A stretch of 64,000 nt of DNA from NCBI GenBank assembly GCA_951406725.2, contig OX597827.1, positions 51,646,001-51,710,000 of the forward strand, written 5' to 3'. The notes beneath the pieces were generated by a model, which was not told the origin of the DNA, made no database searches, and was given only the letters and a program-made list of their open reading frames with translations. This document shows, in pieces, positions 53,300 through 64,000 of this stretch. The translations under genes were made by a program, and so were the position numbers. The first letter of the stretch is position 1; each line of letters begins with the position of its first letter. The stretch comes from Octopus vulgaris (taxonomy: Eukaryota).

Positions 53300-54470
53300 T
53301 TGGATTGTTCGGAAAGTTTGTGCCGATATATAGTAGCTTACTTTTTGACTTATGGTTGAGTCCATAAAATTGGATTTGACTACACCTCCATTTAGAGCAC
53401 ATTTTAAGCTATCTTTTCATGGAAGAATGTTTATGTTCCTATATATGACCTGTGCTAATTCTGTAACCCTTTAAAATGGAAGATAAGAAAGTTCATTTTC
53501 AGCACTTGATGCTTTTCTTTTTCTGTAAAGGGAAAAATGCGTCACAAGCAACCAAAGAGATATGTGCAGTTTACGGTGATGTTTCTTTATCCGAAAGAAC
53601 TGTATGGAAGTGGTTCGCAAAGTTCCAAGCTGGAGATTGTAGCCTTATTGATAAAGACTGATCAGGCAGACCATCCACTACAGATGATGACCAAATCAAG
53701 TCATTAATTGAGAATAACCCACATTGCACAGCCTGAGAATTGGCAGAAAACCTTAACCTATCAAAATCTGTCATTCATGAGCACCTGGTAAAGCTTGGGT
53801 ACACAAATCGCTATGATGTTTGGGTACCACATGAATTGAGTGAGAAGAACCTTTTGGATCGCATTTCCATCTGTGATTCGCTTTATAAACGGAATGAAAA
53901 TGCCTTTTTTAAAGCAAATTGTGACAGGTGATGAGAAATGGATTATCTACCAAAATGTTCAGGGAAAGCAATCCTAGAGTAAGCGACAATGAACCACCTT
54001 TAGCCACCCCAAAAGCAGGCCTTCACCCTAAAAAAGTCTTGCTTTGTGTCTGGTGGGATTGGAAAGGAATTCTGTACTATGAGCTTCTCCCAAGTAACCA
54101 GACAATTAATTCTGAGACATACTGCACAAAACTGGACGAGTTAAAAGCAGCAATTCAAGAGAAACGTCTCAACAGGAAGGGTGTTGTTTTCCAACATGAT
54201 AATGCAAGACCGCATGTTTCTTTGGGAACCAGAGAAAAATTGCTGTAGCTCGGCTGGGATGTGTTACCCCACCCTCCATATTCACCAGATATTGCTCGTT
54301 TGGATTTCCACTTATTCAGGTCTCTGTAGAATAGTCTTAATGGCAAAAATTTCATTTCCTTGGATGACATAAAAAGATACCTTGATGAATTATTTGCCAT
54401 GAAACCACCTCAATTCTGGGAAGAGGATATTTTCAAGTTAAAGGAAAGATGGCGGTGCATTGTACAACAA
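53300..54470 (+). mobile_element. Decayed mariner element, right end replaced
   Basis: TIR-like ttggattgttcggaaag after (TA)n; WVPHEL, VTGDEKW, HPKKVLLCVWWD, QHDNARPH, HPPYSPDIA; internal stops. Confidence 0.92.
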
Positions 54471-55100
54471 TTATTAAAGATTATTTCCTTAAATTCTCTA
54501 CTACATAATAAACAAGAATTACTACCAATACTATAAGATTTTGCCTTACAAACTATCTCCCAATTTAAATTATACTTAATACGTTTAGATTTAAGTTCCC
54601 ATATATATTTACTAAGGCCAGTAGAATTAATTAAATTCTTATTCTTAAAGGAATTCATATGTTGAGCCACACTTAATTTAATTTTATTAGAAGTTGACCC
54701 TGTATAGATTGCGTTAAACTTATAATCATTCCTGTTATAATCATCAATTAAAGTCACTATACATTCATAAACTACATTATGCAAATTACATTTATTTTTA
54801 TCTCTACATGTACAATTAATTACATTATCTTTATTATTATTATTGGAATCATTATTTAATTTCTTTTTGTAAAATTTATTCAACTTAAATTCATTAAAAG
54901 AAGAAATAATGTTACCTACATTATTAGTGGTAGAATAACCAACTCCAAAATTATTACTAGAAAACATTTTATTACATTTTCTATTATCTCCAATGAGTTG
55001 TTCAGTTATATTTAAGATCTCTTTAATAATATTTGTTTTTACTTGAGCGCCATAAGAAACAATTAACCAAATTTATTCTTATTTATATTATTATTAATAT
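54471..55100 (-). pseudogene. Penelope-like element linker and GIY-YIG endonuclease fragment
   Basis: ORF 54410-54967: NCTCRDKNKC..NVVYEC..IYTGST..HMNSF..STGLSKYIWELK..NWEIV..CLLCSRE. Confidence 0.88.
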
Positions 55101-55104
55101 TATT

Positions 55105-55247
55105 ATAGATACATCATCATATATATATATGATGATGTATCTATATATATATATGTATATATATCTATGTATGTACATATATGTCTGTATATATATGTAT
55201 GTATATATATATATGTATGTATACATATATGTATATTTATGTATACA

Positions 55248-55282
<35 letters not shown>

Positions 55283-55422
55283 CATATGTATGTATATATA
55301 TATATGTATGTATATATATATATATGTATCTATGTATGTATATATGTATGTATATGTATATATATGTATATATGTATGTGTATGTATATATATATATATA
55401 TATATATGTGTATATATGTATA

Positions 55423-55456
<34 letters not shown>

Positions 55457-55474
55457 TATATATATATATATGTA

Positions 55475-55513
<39 letters not shown>

Positions 55514-55631
55514 ATATATATATGTATATATATATGTATATATATATGTATATATATACATATATATATATGTATATATATATACGTATATATATATGTA
55601 TATGTATGTATATATATATATGTATATATAT

Positions 55632-55688
<57 letters not shown>

Positions 55689-55928
55689 CATTATATATAT
55701 GTATATATATGTGTATATATGTATGTGTGTGTATATATATATATGCCTGTATATATATATGTGTGTATAAATGTATTTATATGTATATATATATATATAT
55801 ATGTTATATATATATGTATATATATAGGTATATATATATATATATGTATATATATGTATGTATATATGTATATATATATATATTGATTTAATCAAATTGA
55901 TTTTCCTATATATATATATGTATATATG

Positions 55929-55963
<35 letters not shown>

Positions 55964-55972
55964 GTATATATA
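55105..55972. repeat. Compound (TA)n/(TATG)n microsatellite with a poly-T run
   Basis: Read directly. Confidence 0.95.
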
Positions 55973-56975
55973 TCATCATTATCATCATTGTTCATTGTCC
56001 GCTTTCCATGCTGGCATGGTTTGGACAATTTGACTGAGGACTGGCTAACCAGATAGCTGCACCATGCTCCAATCTGATCTGGCAGAGTTTCTATGGCTGG
56101 TTACCCTTCCTAACACCAACCACTCCAAGAGTGTAGCGGGTGCTTTTATATGCCACAGCATGAAGGTACTGGCAATGACCTCACTCAAATGTTTTCATGT
56201 GCCACCAGCACAAGTGCAAGTAAGGCAATGATGGTAATGATCACGCTCGAATGTTGCTTTTTATGTGCCACCAGCATGGAAGCGAGTTGGCTGCTCTGGC
56301 AATGATCACATTTAGATGGTGCTCCTAGCACTCCACTAGCATGGATGCCAGTCATCGAATTTGATTTCGATTTCACTTGCCTCAACAGGTCTTTGCAAGC
56401 AGAATTTAGTGCCCAATGAAGGAAAGGTACACATAAGTGGGCTGGTTACACCCCTGGAATAGGCCACAGGTTATGGTCTCACTTAGATTGCCGGGTATTC
56501 TCATGCACAGCATATTTCCAAAGGTCTCAGTCACTAGTCATTGCCTCAGTGAGGCCTAATGTTCGAAGGTTATGCTTCACCACCTCATCCCAGGTCTTCC
56601 TAGGTCTACCTCTTCCACAGGTTCCCTCAACTGCTAGGGTGTGGCATTTTCTCACACAGCTATCCACATCCATTCTTGCCACATGACCATACCAGCGCAG
56701 TCATCTCTCTTGCACACCACATCTGATGCTTCTTTGGTCCAACTTTTCTCTCAAGGTACTTACACTCTATCGAGTATGCACACTGACATTACACATCCAG
56801 CAGTGCATACTGGCTTCATTCCTTGCGAGCTTACGCATGTCCTCAGCAGTCATGGCCCATGTTTCACTGTCATGTAGAATGGCTGTTCGTACACATGCGT
56901 CATACAGTCTACCTTTTACTTTGAGCGAGAGACCCTTTGTCACTAGCAGAGGTAAGAGCTCTTTGAAGTTTGCCC
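55973..56975 (-). pseudogene. RTE-type LINE 3' fragment with UTR and (gat)n tail
   Basis: Minus strand KGRLYDACVRTAILHDSETW, RLRWYGHV, GRGRPRKTW. Confidence 0.85.
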
Positions 56976-56982
56976 ATATATA

Positions 56983-57036
<54 letters not shown>

Positions 57037-57037
<1 letters not shown>

Positions 57038-58478
57038 TAGCAAATGTCCCCCCACCGTCCGTTGACATTTGTATAGGAAATGAAGAGGGTTATCTTAAGT
57101 TGTGGTAATGTTTGGTTATTGTATGGGGTTGTTACTTTTGGTTAGGGCATTAAAGATTCCTGAGACATTAAAACTGTTGACTGTTTCTTCTAAATAAGGA
57201 AAATGGGTTGGTAGTGAATCTTAACACAGTGAACCTTTTCAAATTTGTCATGAGGCCTATAAAATGAAGGAAAGCTTTGCAGCCTACAATATATACAACT
57301 TCCAGTGGAATCGGACATCATAATTAACCTTAAACTTTTTGCACTCAAACACTTTCACATTAGGATAAGCACAATGTACTCTTCCATATTACATACCTCA
57401 TGTTGACACCTATACATCAGCCTGAACACTATTTTATCTCCAAAGTGAATATTGCAAGTAATATTTAAGCAATAAACAGTTCTTTGTCTTTTGCATTTGA
57501 TGACTGTTGCTTTAAGTATTTTATTTCGATTTTCACTGGCGTCGTGGTAAGAACTACGAGATAAGTAACATTAGTTTTGAATAAAAATATAAATGGAAGT
57601 TTTAATCACCCGACAGACAGGCAAACAGAAACTGCTACTCAATGAAGGTGCAAAAATGCTTAAGGAAGTCTCTCTTCTCTCAAAACCTGACACAAAAAGA
57701 GTTGAAACTTGGAGGTGAAATAACACAATGTGCAATAAAATAATATAAGGTATATTCTTTGCAAATCAATTTTATCTCAAAAATTGAACAATATCGCTTA
57801 TTTTTTAAAGTTGGATGAGAAACGTTAGGCAAGGTTGTAGATGTAAACCCCTAAATTCTTCACTTTTTATAAGCAATTAATTAGTCTTTTCTACTTTCAA
57901 TTGAATTTTGTTGAGCATATCTTCAGAAAATTGAGTAATCACCAGTTATTTGTTTGCTTTATTTTCACTTCTCTGCTCACTTAAAGTAACTGCCTTTTCC
58001 TAGTAGTTTTTCATGACAGCTGGTTTATTGCACGAAAAACAGCCATAAGAACACATTTGACCGCGAATGTACGTGGTTGATTACAGTTAATTAAGGTTAG
58101 AGTGATATTGATTTTTTTAGCTGCTTACAAACGTGAAAATGCAGAAATGATTACAGTTGTTTGTGGTCTAATATTTAAATCAAAATGAGACTATTTACAA
58201 ATAGCAAGCTTTATTTACATATACCTGTCATTTAAATCTGAAAACGTAGAAATTAATTGTTTAGAATGTCAGTTAATGAACAGGAAGGGAGAAGAAATAG
58301 GACAAAAAGATTACAAAAATAGCGATTCTCACTTCGAGACAGACAATTTTGAAAATCGTTTTAGATTACAGAATGCCCTGCTCTCTCATGTATCCATGTT
58401 TAAAATTTCAGCGTGATCGGATGAATACTTGAGTTATAAACACACAAAAAACGCACAGAACAGAATTTATATATTAGA
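57037..58478 (-). mobile_element. Non-autonomous Helitron-like element
   Basis: Minus strand starts A|TCtaatatataa at 58478 and ends CTAG|T at 57037; no TSD. Confidence 0.6.
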
Positions 58479-58482
58479 TATG

Positions 58483-58534
<52 letters not shown>

Positions 58535-58601
58535 AATATCTATATACATAAATATGTATATATATATACATAAATATATATATACATATATACATACGTA
58601 A

Positions 58602-58650
<49 letters not shown>

Positions 58651-58659
58651 CATACACAC

Positions 58660-58732
<73 letters not shown>

Positions 58733-58991
58733 CACACACACATATATATATATATACATACGCTAAACGATGATGATGATGATATAGAGCAATAAGAAAA
58801 TGGAGGGATCAATAGGTGGTATTCATCAACTTTTAGACATTATAATATGTCAATTTATTTATTTACTAAAAGGACTATTATAACAATATACATACATGTA
58901 TAACATATTATGCTTTACATATATAATATATAAAATATAAAAATATCAGTAATTATTAAAATATATAACATATAGCAATAGCAATTGGGAT

Positions 58992-59121
58992 AATATCTTA
59001 CAGCTGTTTCAAACAAGAGTCAAAAATGCCTCATTTTACTTTTATCCCTCCAGTGGACTGAAGTAATTAGTAGATGAAATTGAGGTACTTGGGTGTTTCT
59101 CTAGGCTTCGTCAGAGATTTT
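58992..59121 (-). ncRNA. Type-I hammerhead-like motif with a palindromic AGCT loop
   Basis: Minus strand aaaatct-CTGACGA-agcctagag...ctcttgttt-GAAAC-agct-GTA-agatatt; downstream of and co-oriented with a Penelope ORF remnant. Confidence 0.7.
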
Positions 59122-59265
59122 AGAAAGTACATAAGGTTAAGTTATAAATATAAATACACACACATATACATACTTTTACATATACATACATATACATAAA
59201 TACATACACCTACACTTAAATATACATGCATATGTGCATGTATATGCATACAAACGAATCAATTA

Positions 59266-59298
<33 letters not shown>

Positions 59299-59490
59299 GA
59301 TGCATTATTTTATTCAAATTAGATAAAATTTAAACAGAGGTATGAGAAAGTTATAAGAGGAGTAATATTGTAATTTATAAAATCAATATATCTTAAAATT
59401 ATTCTAGTTATTTAAGAATGAAACTGTATATACATGAGGAGCAGACATATGTATACACACATACACATGCATACATATATATATAATCTA

Positions 59491-59790
59491 AGAATTTATC
59501 AAATAGTTAGTGTGAAAAACCTCATAAGAGAAAAAACCCATAAATTTTTCTCTTAAATATATTTATTTATATTATATATAGGACATTACTATGCCACATG
59601 CTAGGAGGGACTCTTAAAGTCAAAACTACCAAAATAAATAAACACATTGTATTGAATGCGAGGGAATGCAACTCTCGAAGCGAGCCTTTTAAAAACAGAA
59701 TTCAGCTGCAAATCACATGATTCATAATTAGTACAGAAATGCACTAATTTCTCTTATGAGGTTTTTCACGCTAACTACTTGATAAATTCT
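59491..59790. mobile_element. MITE with ~43-bp TIRs
   Basis: agaatttatcaaatagttagtgtgaaaaacctcataagagaaa / tttctcttatgaggtttttcacgctaactacttgataaattct, TA on both sides. Confidence 0.8.
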
Positions 59791-59799
59791 TATAAAGAT

Positions 59800-60495
59800 T
59801 TTTTGTAAGTAGTATTTATGTTATCATTATTACTATTATTATCATTCAAAATCACTATACATTTATATACTATGTCCTCAACATTACATTTATTATTAAA
59901 TTTACATTTAGTCGTATTTCTACAATTACAATCAATTGTATTCTGGTCTCCATTGGAGGTATTACTTAATTTATTATTGTAAAACTTATTTAATTTAAAT
60001 TTATTAAAGGATGAAATGATATTGCCAACATTATTAGTGGTAGAATAACCAACTCCAAATTTATTGCTAGAAAATATGTCCTTATATTTATTGTTGTCTT
60101 TAATAAATGTCTTAATTATATTTAAAATCTCTTTAATAATGTTAGTTTTAACCTGTATCTCATAGGGAATTATTGGCCATATTTTATTCTTCTTATTATT
60201 AATGAGGTTTATTTTTCATATTACTACCTACATCGGGTTTCAGATGATTCTTAATGTTGTGTTTATTATTATAGACGGTGTATGCATAATTTAAATTATC
60301 TTTTAAATTATAATTATATTTAGAATTGTTGAAAAATTTAATATTATTATATCCCGCCTTATGAAGCACTTCATTATAATATGGTGCATGTTTATTGAAT
60401 ATCTCATAGTTGGAAGAAAATGTTGAGGACATAGTGTATAAATGTATAGTGATTTTGAATGATGATTTTAAGAGGACATTGGTCACAACCATGGC
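59800..60495 (-). pseudogene. Penelope-like element RT C-terminus/linker fragment
   Basis: [55 protein letters not shown] (same family as 54471-55100). Confidence 0.8.
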
Positions 60496-60499
60496 TATG

Positions 60500-60884
60500 C
60501 TTTTGTCAACTTATTTTTCCTGAGGCACCCCTGGATAGCGGTAAAAATAGCTTTTCAACCATAACTTTTACAAATTTTCATGTCAGTGAAATTCGTAAGT
60601 TTGCTAACATGAGTAAAGTCCCCTGTCCTATAGATTAATTCACCCTTCTACGTCTCCCCCAAAAATTAGATTTGGACAAAGTAATCTCAGTGTAGGAAAA
60701 GAGAAAGAGCTGATGAGACCCATTAGTAAAATATTATAACTTTTTGGGCCGAAACCTGGCAATAAGAGCTTGCGGATATTCCGCTACAAACATTCAATGA
60801 TATCGGAGCAGTAACTTTCATAAATCAGGGTATAACTTTTGAAAACTCTTTCTGGACCGAGTCAACGACGGGTATTTCTGCTAG
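60500..60884 (+). mobile_element. Helitron-like non-autonomous element
   Basis: Shares ttttgtcaacttatttt...ggatagcggtaaaaat with 32858; ends ccgagtcaacgacgggtatttctgCTAG|T. Confidence 0.6.
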
Positions 60885-61000
60885 TATATGTATATATGTA
60901 TAATATATATATGTAATGAGTGTCTCTGGATTTACCTGTCTGTCTGTTTGTGTGTCTCTCTCTTTCTATATATATTTATGTACATATTTATTTATATATG

Positions 61001-61060
<60 letters not shown>

Positions 61061-61559
61061 TATATATATGTATATATCACTTAAGGTAGTAATAGTTTCT
61101 TGCCATTAAGACATATAGCTAGGCAGCCTTTTATAATGCACCTTGTGTTTCCATGCAGTTTTCAGGCTCTGAGCACATGGTTTGTTCTATTTGAAAATCA
61201 GGATGCTGGTACATGAGAGACCACGAGAAAAAATGAGAAGGATGAGGCTAAAATTAGAATGAGGAAACAAAGTGTGAATTCAGTAGACTGGAATAGTAAA
61301 TATGTTTACACATTTTGAAGAACTATGCTATCTATATTGCAATCTATATTTCTAACTGTGTGCAGATGTGTTTCCTCTGTGCTTTCCAAACTTTGTAAAA
61401 TTAATTGAAAATGTCCATTAATGTATGTTTTGATGATGATAGGTTGATAGTTGGAGAAGAAGAGGGAAATTTTTGCACATGGTTATCGTAGCTTGGTGTG
61501 TTAATTCCAGAGACTTTTTTAGGAGAGATATTTATTAATTTCAAAAAAGTAAAAAAAAA

Positions 61560-61960
61560 ACTCTAACCTCTTTCAAAGTAGCATACTCTGACTTCAATGC
61601 ATTTGTTATATTGCTCCAACTACTTTGTGATGGCCCCATGTAAGTCCTCCAAACTGAAAGTATCTAAGATTGTTGTTGAGGAACAACAAAAAGTCACTGA
61701 GAGCAAGATCTGGACTGTACAGAGGGGAATGGGCTGTTTTGATGCCCATCTTTGTCAAGTAGTTGCTTACCAGTATAACTAGTGCATTGTCCTGGTGCAG
61801 GTGCTCTGGTCCTTTGCAAAAAAATCTCCTTCTGAATTCCCTTAAAACCTTCACAAATTATTCTTTGTTTACTGTCTGACCAAAGGGAACGCAATGAATG
61901 TAGACAATGCCCTTGCTGTCAAAAAGTGAATCATCTTGAGCTTCTCAGTGGACTTGCTTT
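61560..61960 (-). pseudogene. Mariner transposase fragment
   Basis: HLHQDNA and PLYSPDLALSDF motifs in ORF 61606-61854. Confidence 0.75.
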
Positions 61961-62642
61961 GTCTGGCTCCTTGTGCAAATGGAAGACAGATGCTTGACTC
62001 ATACAAATTAATCCATTGATTATATCCATCAACATTTTGTCATCACAGTATCACTATTCTCTTTTCATTACCACTAACATATGGACTACCATTTCACTTT
62101 TTCCCATGATCACTACTATCGTCATCATCCAACATCATTATCATTACAAATAGAATTTCCATCACCACCACTACTCCAGCCAGTCAATTATTGGAGTATT
62201 CAAATATTAGTATAACCATATTAGGTAACATTAAAGACTCTATATGGTAACTCAGTGAAATGTTGACCTTAAAAGTTATTAGTTTAGTTGCATTTTTATT
62301 TCATCTGTGAACCTTAAATTTATTCTCCTCACGCTCCCACTTTGGGGTTGTTTAGGGATTTATAGTTTTTTTGTTGTTATATCTCCACCTGTATTGCTAT
62401 TGAAATACTCAAGCTTTATGTTCCTATTAGCCTATATATTCTGTGTACCAATTTATATTTTCCCGCTTTTTCTGGATTTATATTTTCATATACTTGCTTG
62501 TATTTATTCCTTGGTTTTCATTCTATATTTTTGCCAATGTTCCAGCCCTGTATTCTATTCTATATATGTCATACTTATATTTTTTTCTTTTCACTATGTC
62601 AGTTTATAGCTTTATCTTCATATTTGTTTTCTATCATTACAG

Positions 62643-62723
62643 GTATATGTAATTAATGTTACATGGAATGATGGATCTACAAACATTATATATCGCCGTT
62701 ACAGTGCCTTTGATCGCCTGCAG
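62643..62723 (+). CDS. SH3PXD2: SH3PXD2/Tks-like gene, coding exon 2 (PX domain)
   Basis: ttttctatcattacag|GTATAT...CTGCAG|gtaaat, 81 nt, VYVINVTWNDGSTNIIYRRYSAFDRLQ (Tks5: [27 protein letters not shown]); in frame with exon 1. Confidence 0.93.
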
Positions 62724-63453
62724 GTAAATAAATTATTATTGCTCACTTAACCCATTTCACTTTCTTTTATTGTATTTGTCTGGAAGAAAATGTTTCCATG
62801 ATATTCACTGACCCTCCAAGACTGGTTATCTTGACATGGTTAATGCCACTCTTAAATGGTTTCAAGTTAACAGCTGTCGAAAAAAAAATGAAAAAAAACA
62901 TACCCAGTATGTAAATTCCAGAAAGCTGATGTGACAGGGAAGAAAAATTGGTAGTAGCAGTTAGTGTGTGGTAAAAGAATGAGAAAGGGAGAAGTGAGTG
63001 AATTAGAAGTGCCTGAGTGGAGGTTATTCTTTGCTTTAAATTCTTGTGTGGTCAACCTTCATTATCTTTTGTTGCCCCTTGTTCTTTCACACTTATGTTT
63101 TCTTCTTGTTGACCTTATTTTATTTTTATGAGTTGCTTCTTGTCATTGCTATTCTGTATGTTATTTATTATACTTTAAACTTTTTATGTTCTTTCATTGG
63201 TATATCTAATCACTCATTTATATTTCTGATTATGTCTCGTTTCAAAATTTGTGTTGACATTTTGTAACCAAATGGCTACTTTTTCTTTTCTAATCTTGCA
63301 TCTGATAGTACTGCAACTTTGTTCTCTCAGTTACCAGTAAGTTGCACTTTCAGCTTTTGGACTTAACACATTTTCCTAGTTTGGAACTGTTTCTGTATCT
63401 CTCCATAGCAGACTTTCTGAACTCTTGTATTACAGCCTCAAGAACAGTAATTA

Positions 63454-63618
63454 GCTGCTGCTGCTGCTGCTGTTGTTGTTGTTGTTGTTCTTCTTCTTCT
63501 TCTTCTTCTTCTTCTTCTTCTTCTTCTTCTTCTTCTTCTTCTTCTTCTTCTTCTTCTTCTTCTTCTTCTTCTTCTTCTTCTTCTTCTTCTTCTTCTTCTT
63601 CCTCCCCTCCTCCTCTTC
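63454..63618. repeat. (CTG)n(TTG)n(TTC)n compound trinucleotide repeat
   Basis: Read directly. Confidence 0.95.
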
Positions 63619-63619
63619 T

Positions 63620-64000
63620 ATAAAGAGCTTCTTTTACATCTTCGGATGGAATTTCAAAGTTCAATTCCTTTGCAATGTTTATGGTCGTGTCAGTTTCTTT
63701 TTGAAGATTATCAAATCCTTCAAAATTGTCAATTAATTTGGACCACAGATTTTTCTAAATTCCATTCATGTTCTTTATGGTGATTTTATCCCATGCTTTC
63801 TTTATCAATTTTATTGTATCAAGGACGTTGAAACTCTTCCAAAATTCTTGTATCATAGGACCATTTTCTCTATCAGTCACTTTGATGAATCTTTCAAAGG
63901 TGAAACAGAGATAATAAGATTTAAACGATGAAATGGCTCCTTGATCCATAGGCTGCAATAAGGATGTTGTATTGGGTGGTAAAAAAAAAACAACATTAAT
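63620..64000 (-). pseudogene. Tigger/pogo DDE transposase fragment
   Basis: PPNTTSLLQPMDQGAISSFKSYY...FWKSFNVLD...AWDKIT. Confidence 0.85.

Noticed and set aside
47356-55988. Long YI/MYV-repeat ORFs (up to 245 aa)
   Set aside because: Translations of TA/TATG microsatellites
60703-60770. Hammerhead core CTGATGA-gaccca...tgggcc-GAAAC in a Helitron-like element
   Set aside because: Stem II is plausible, but I could not place an NUH triplet with adjoining stems I and III
63342-63736. PolyE/polyQ/polyS/polyF proteins
   Set aside because: Trinucleotide expansion within a Tigger remnant in an intron

Overview
AT-rich, repeat-saturated eukaryotic DNA. The SINE families, microsatellite load and transposon mix fit a cephalopod such as Octopus (inference). 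Host genes: (i) the first coding exon of an unidentified Pro-rich protein on the minus strand (ATG at 347, running off the left edge); (ii) coding exons 1 and 2 of a PX-domain SH3PXD2/Tks-family gene (46652-46720 and 62643-62723, ~15.9-kb intron), both too short for the ORF track; (iii) a full-length U1 snRNA gene (17237-17400) with a variant Sm site. U1 lies between two identical 31-nt tRNA-like motifs and is followed by a 49 x 70-bp array with higher-order structure. The rest is decayed mobile DNA: RTE, Tx1-like and R4/Dong-like LINEs, Penelope-like fragments, Tigger/pogo, mariner, a MULE transposase relic, Helitron-like elements, GG-terminated foldback elements (two with 8-bp TSDs) and tRNA-SINEs. 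Most notable: several type-I hammerhead ribozyme-like motifs (most inside the Tks intron, two as an inverted pair), the U1/array unit, and the nested foldback elements. Most ORF-track entries are microsatellite or repeat artefacts. Repeat boundaries were read by eye and are approximate.
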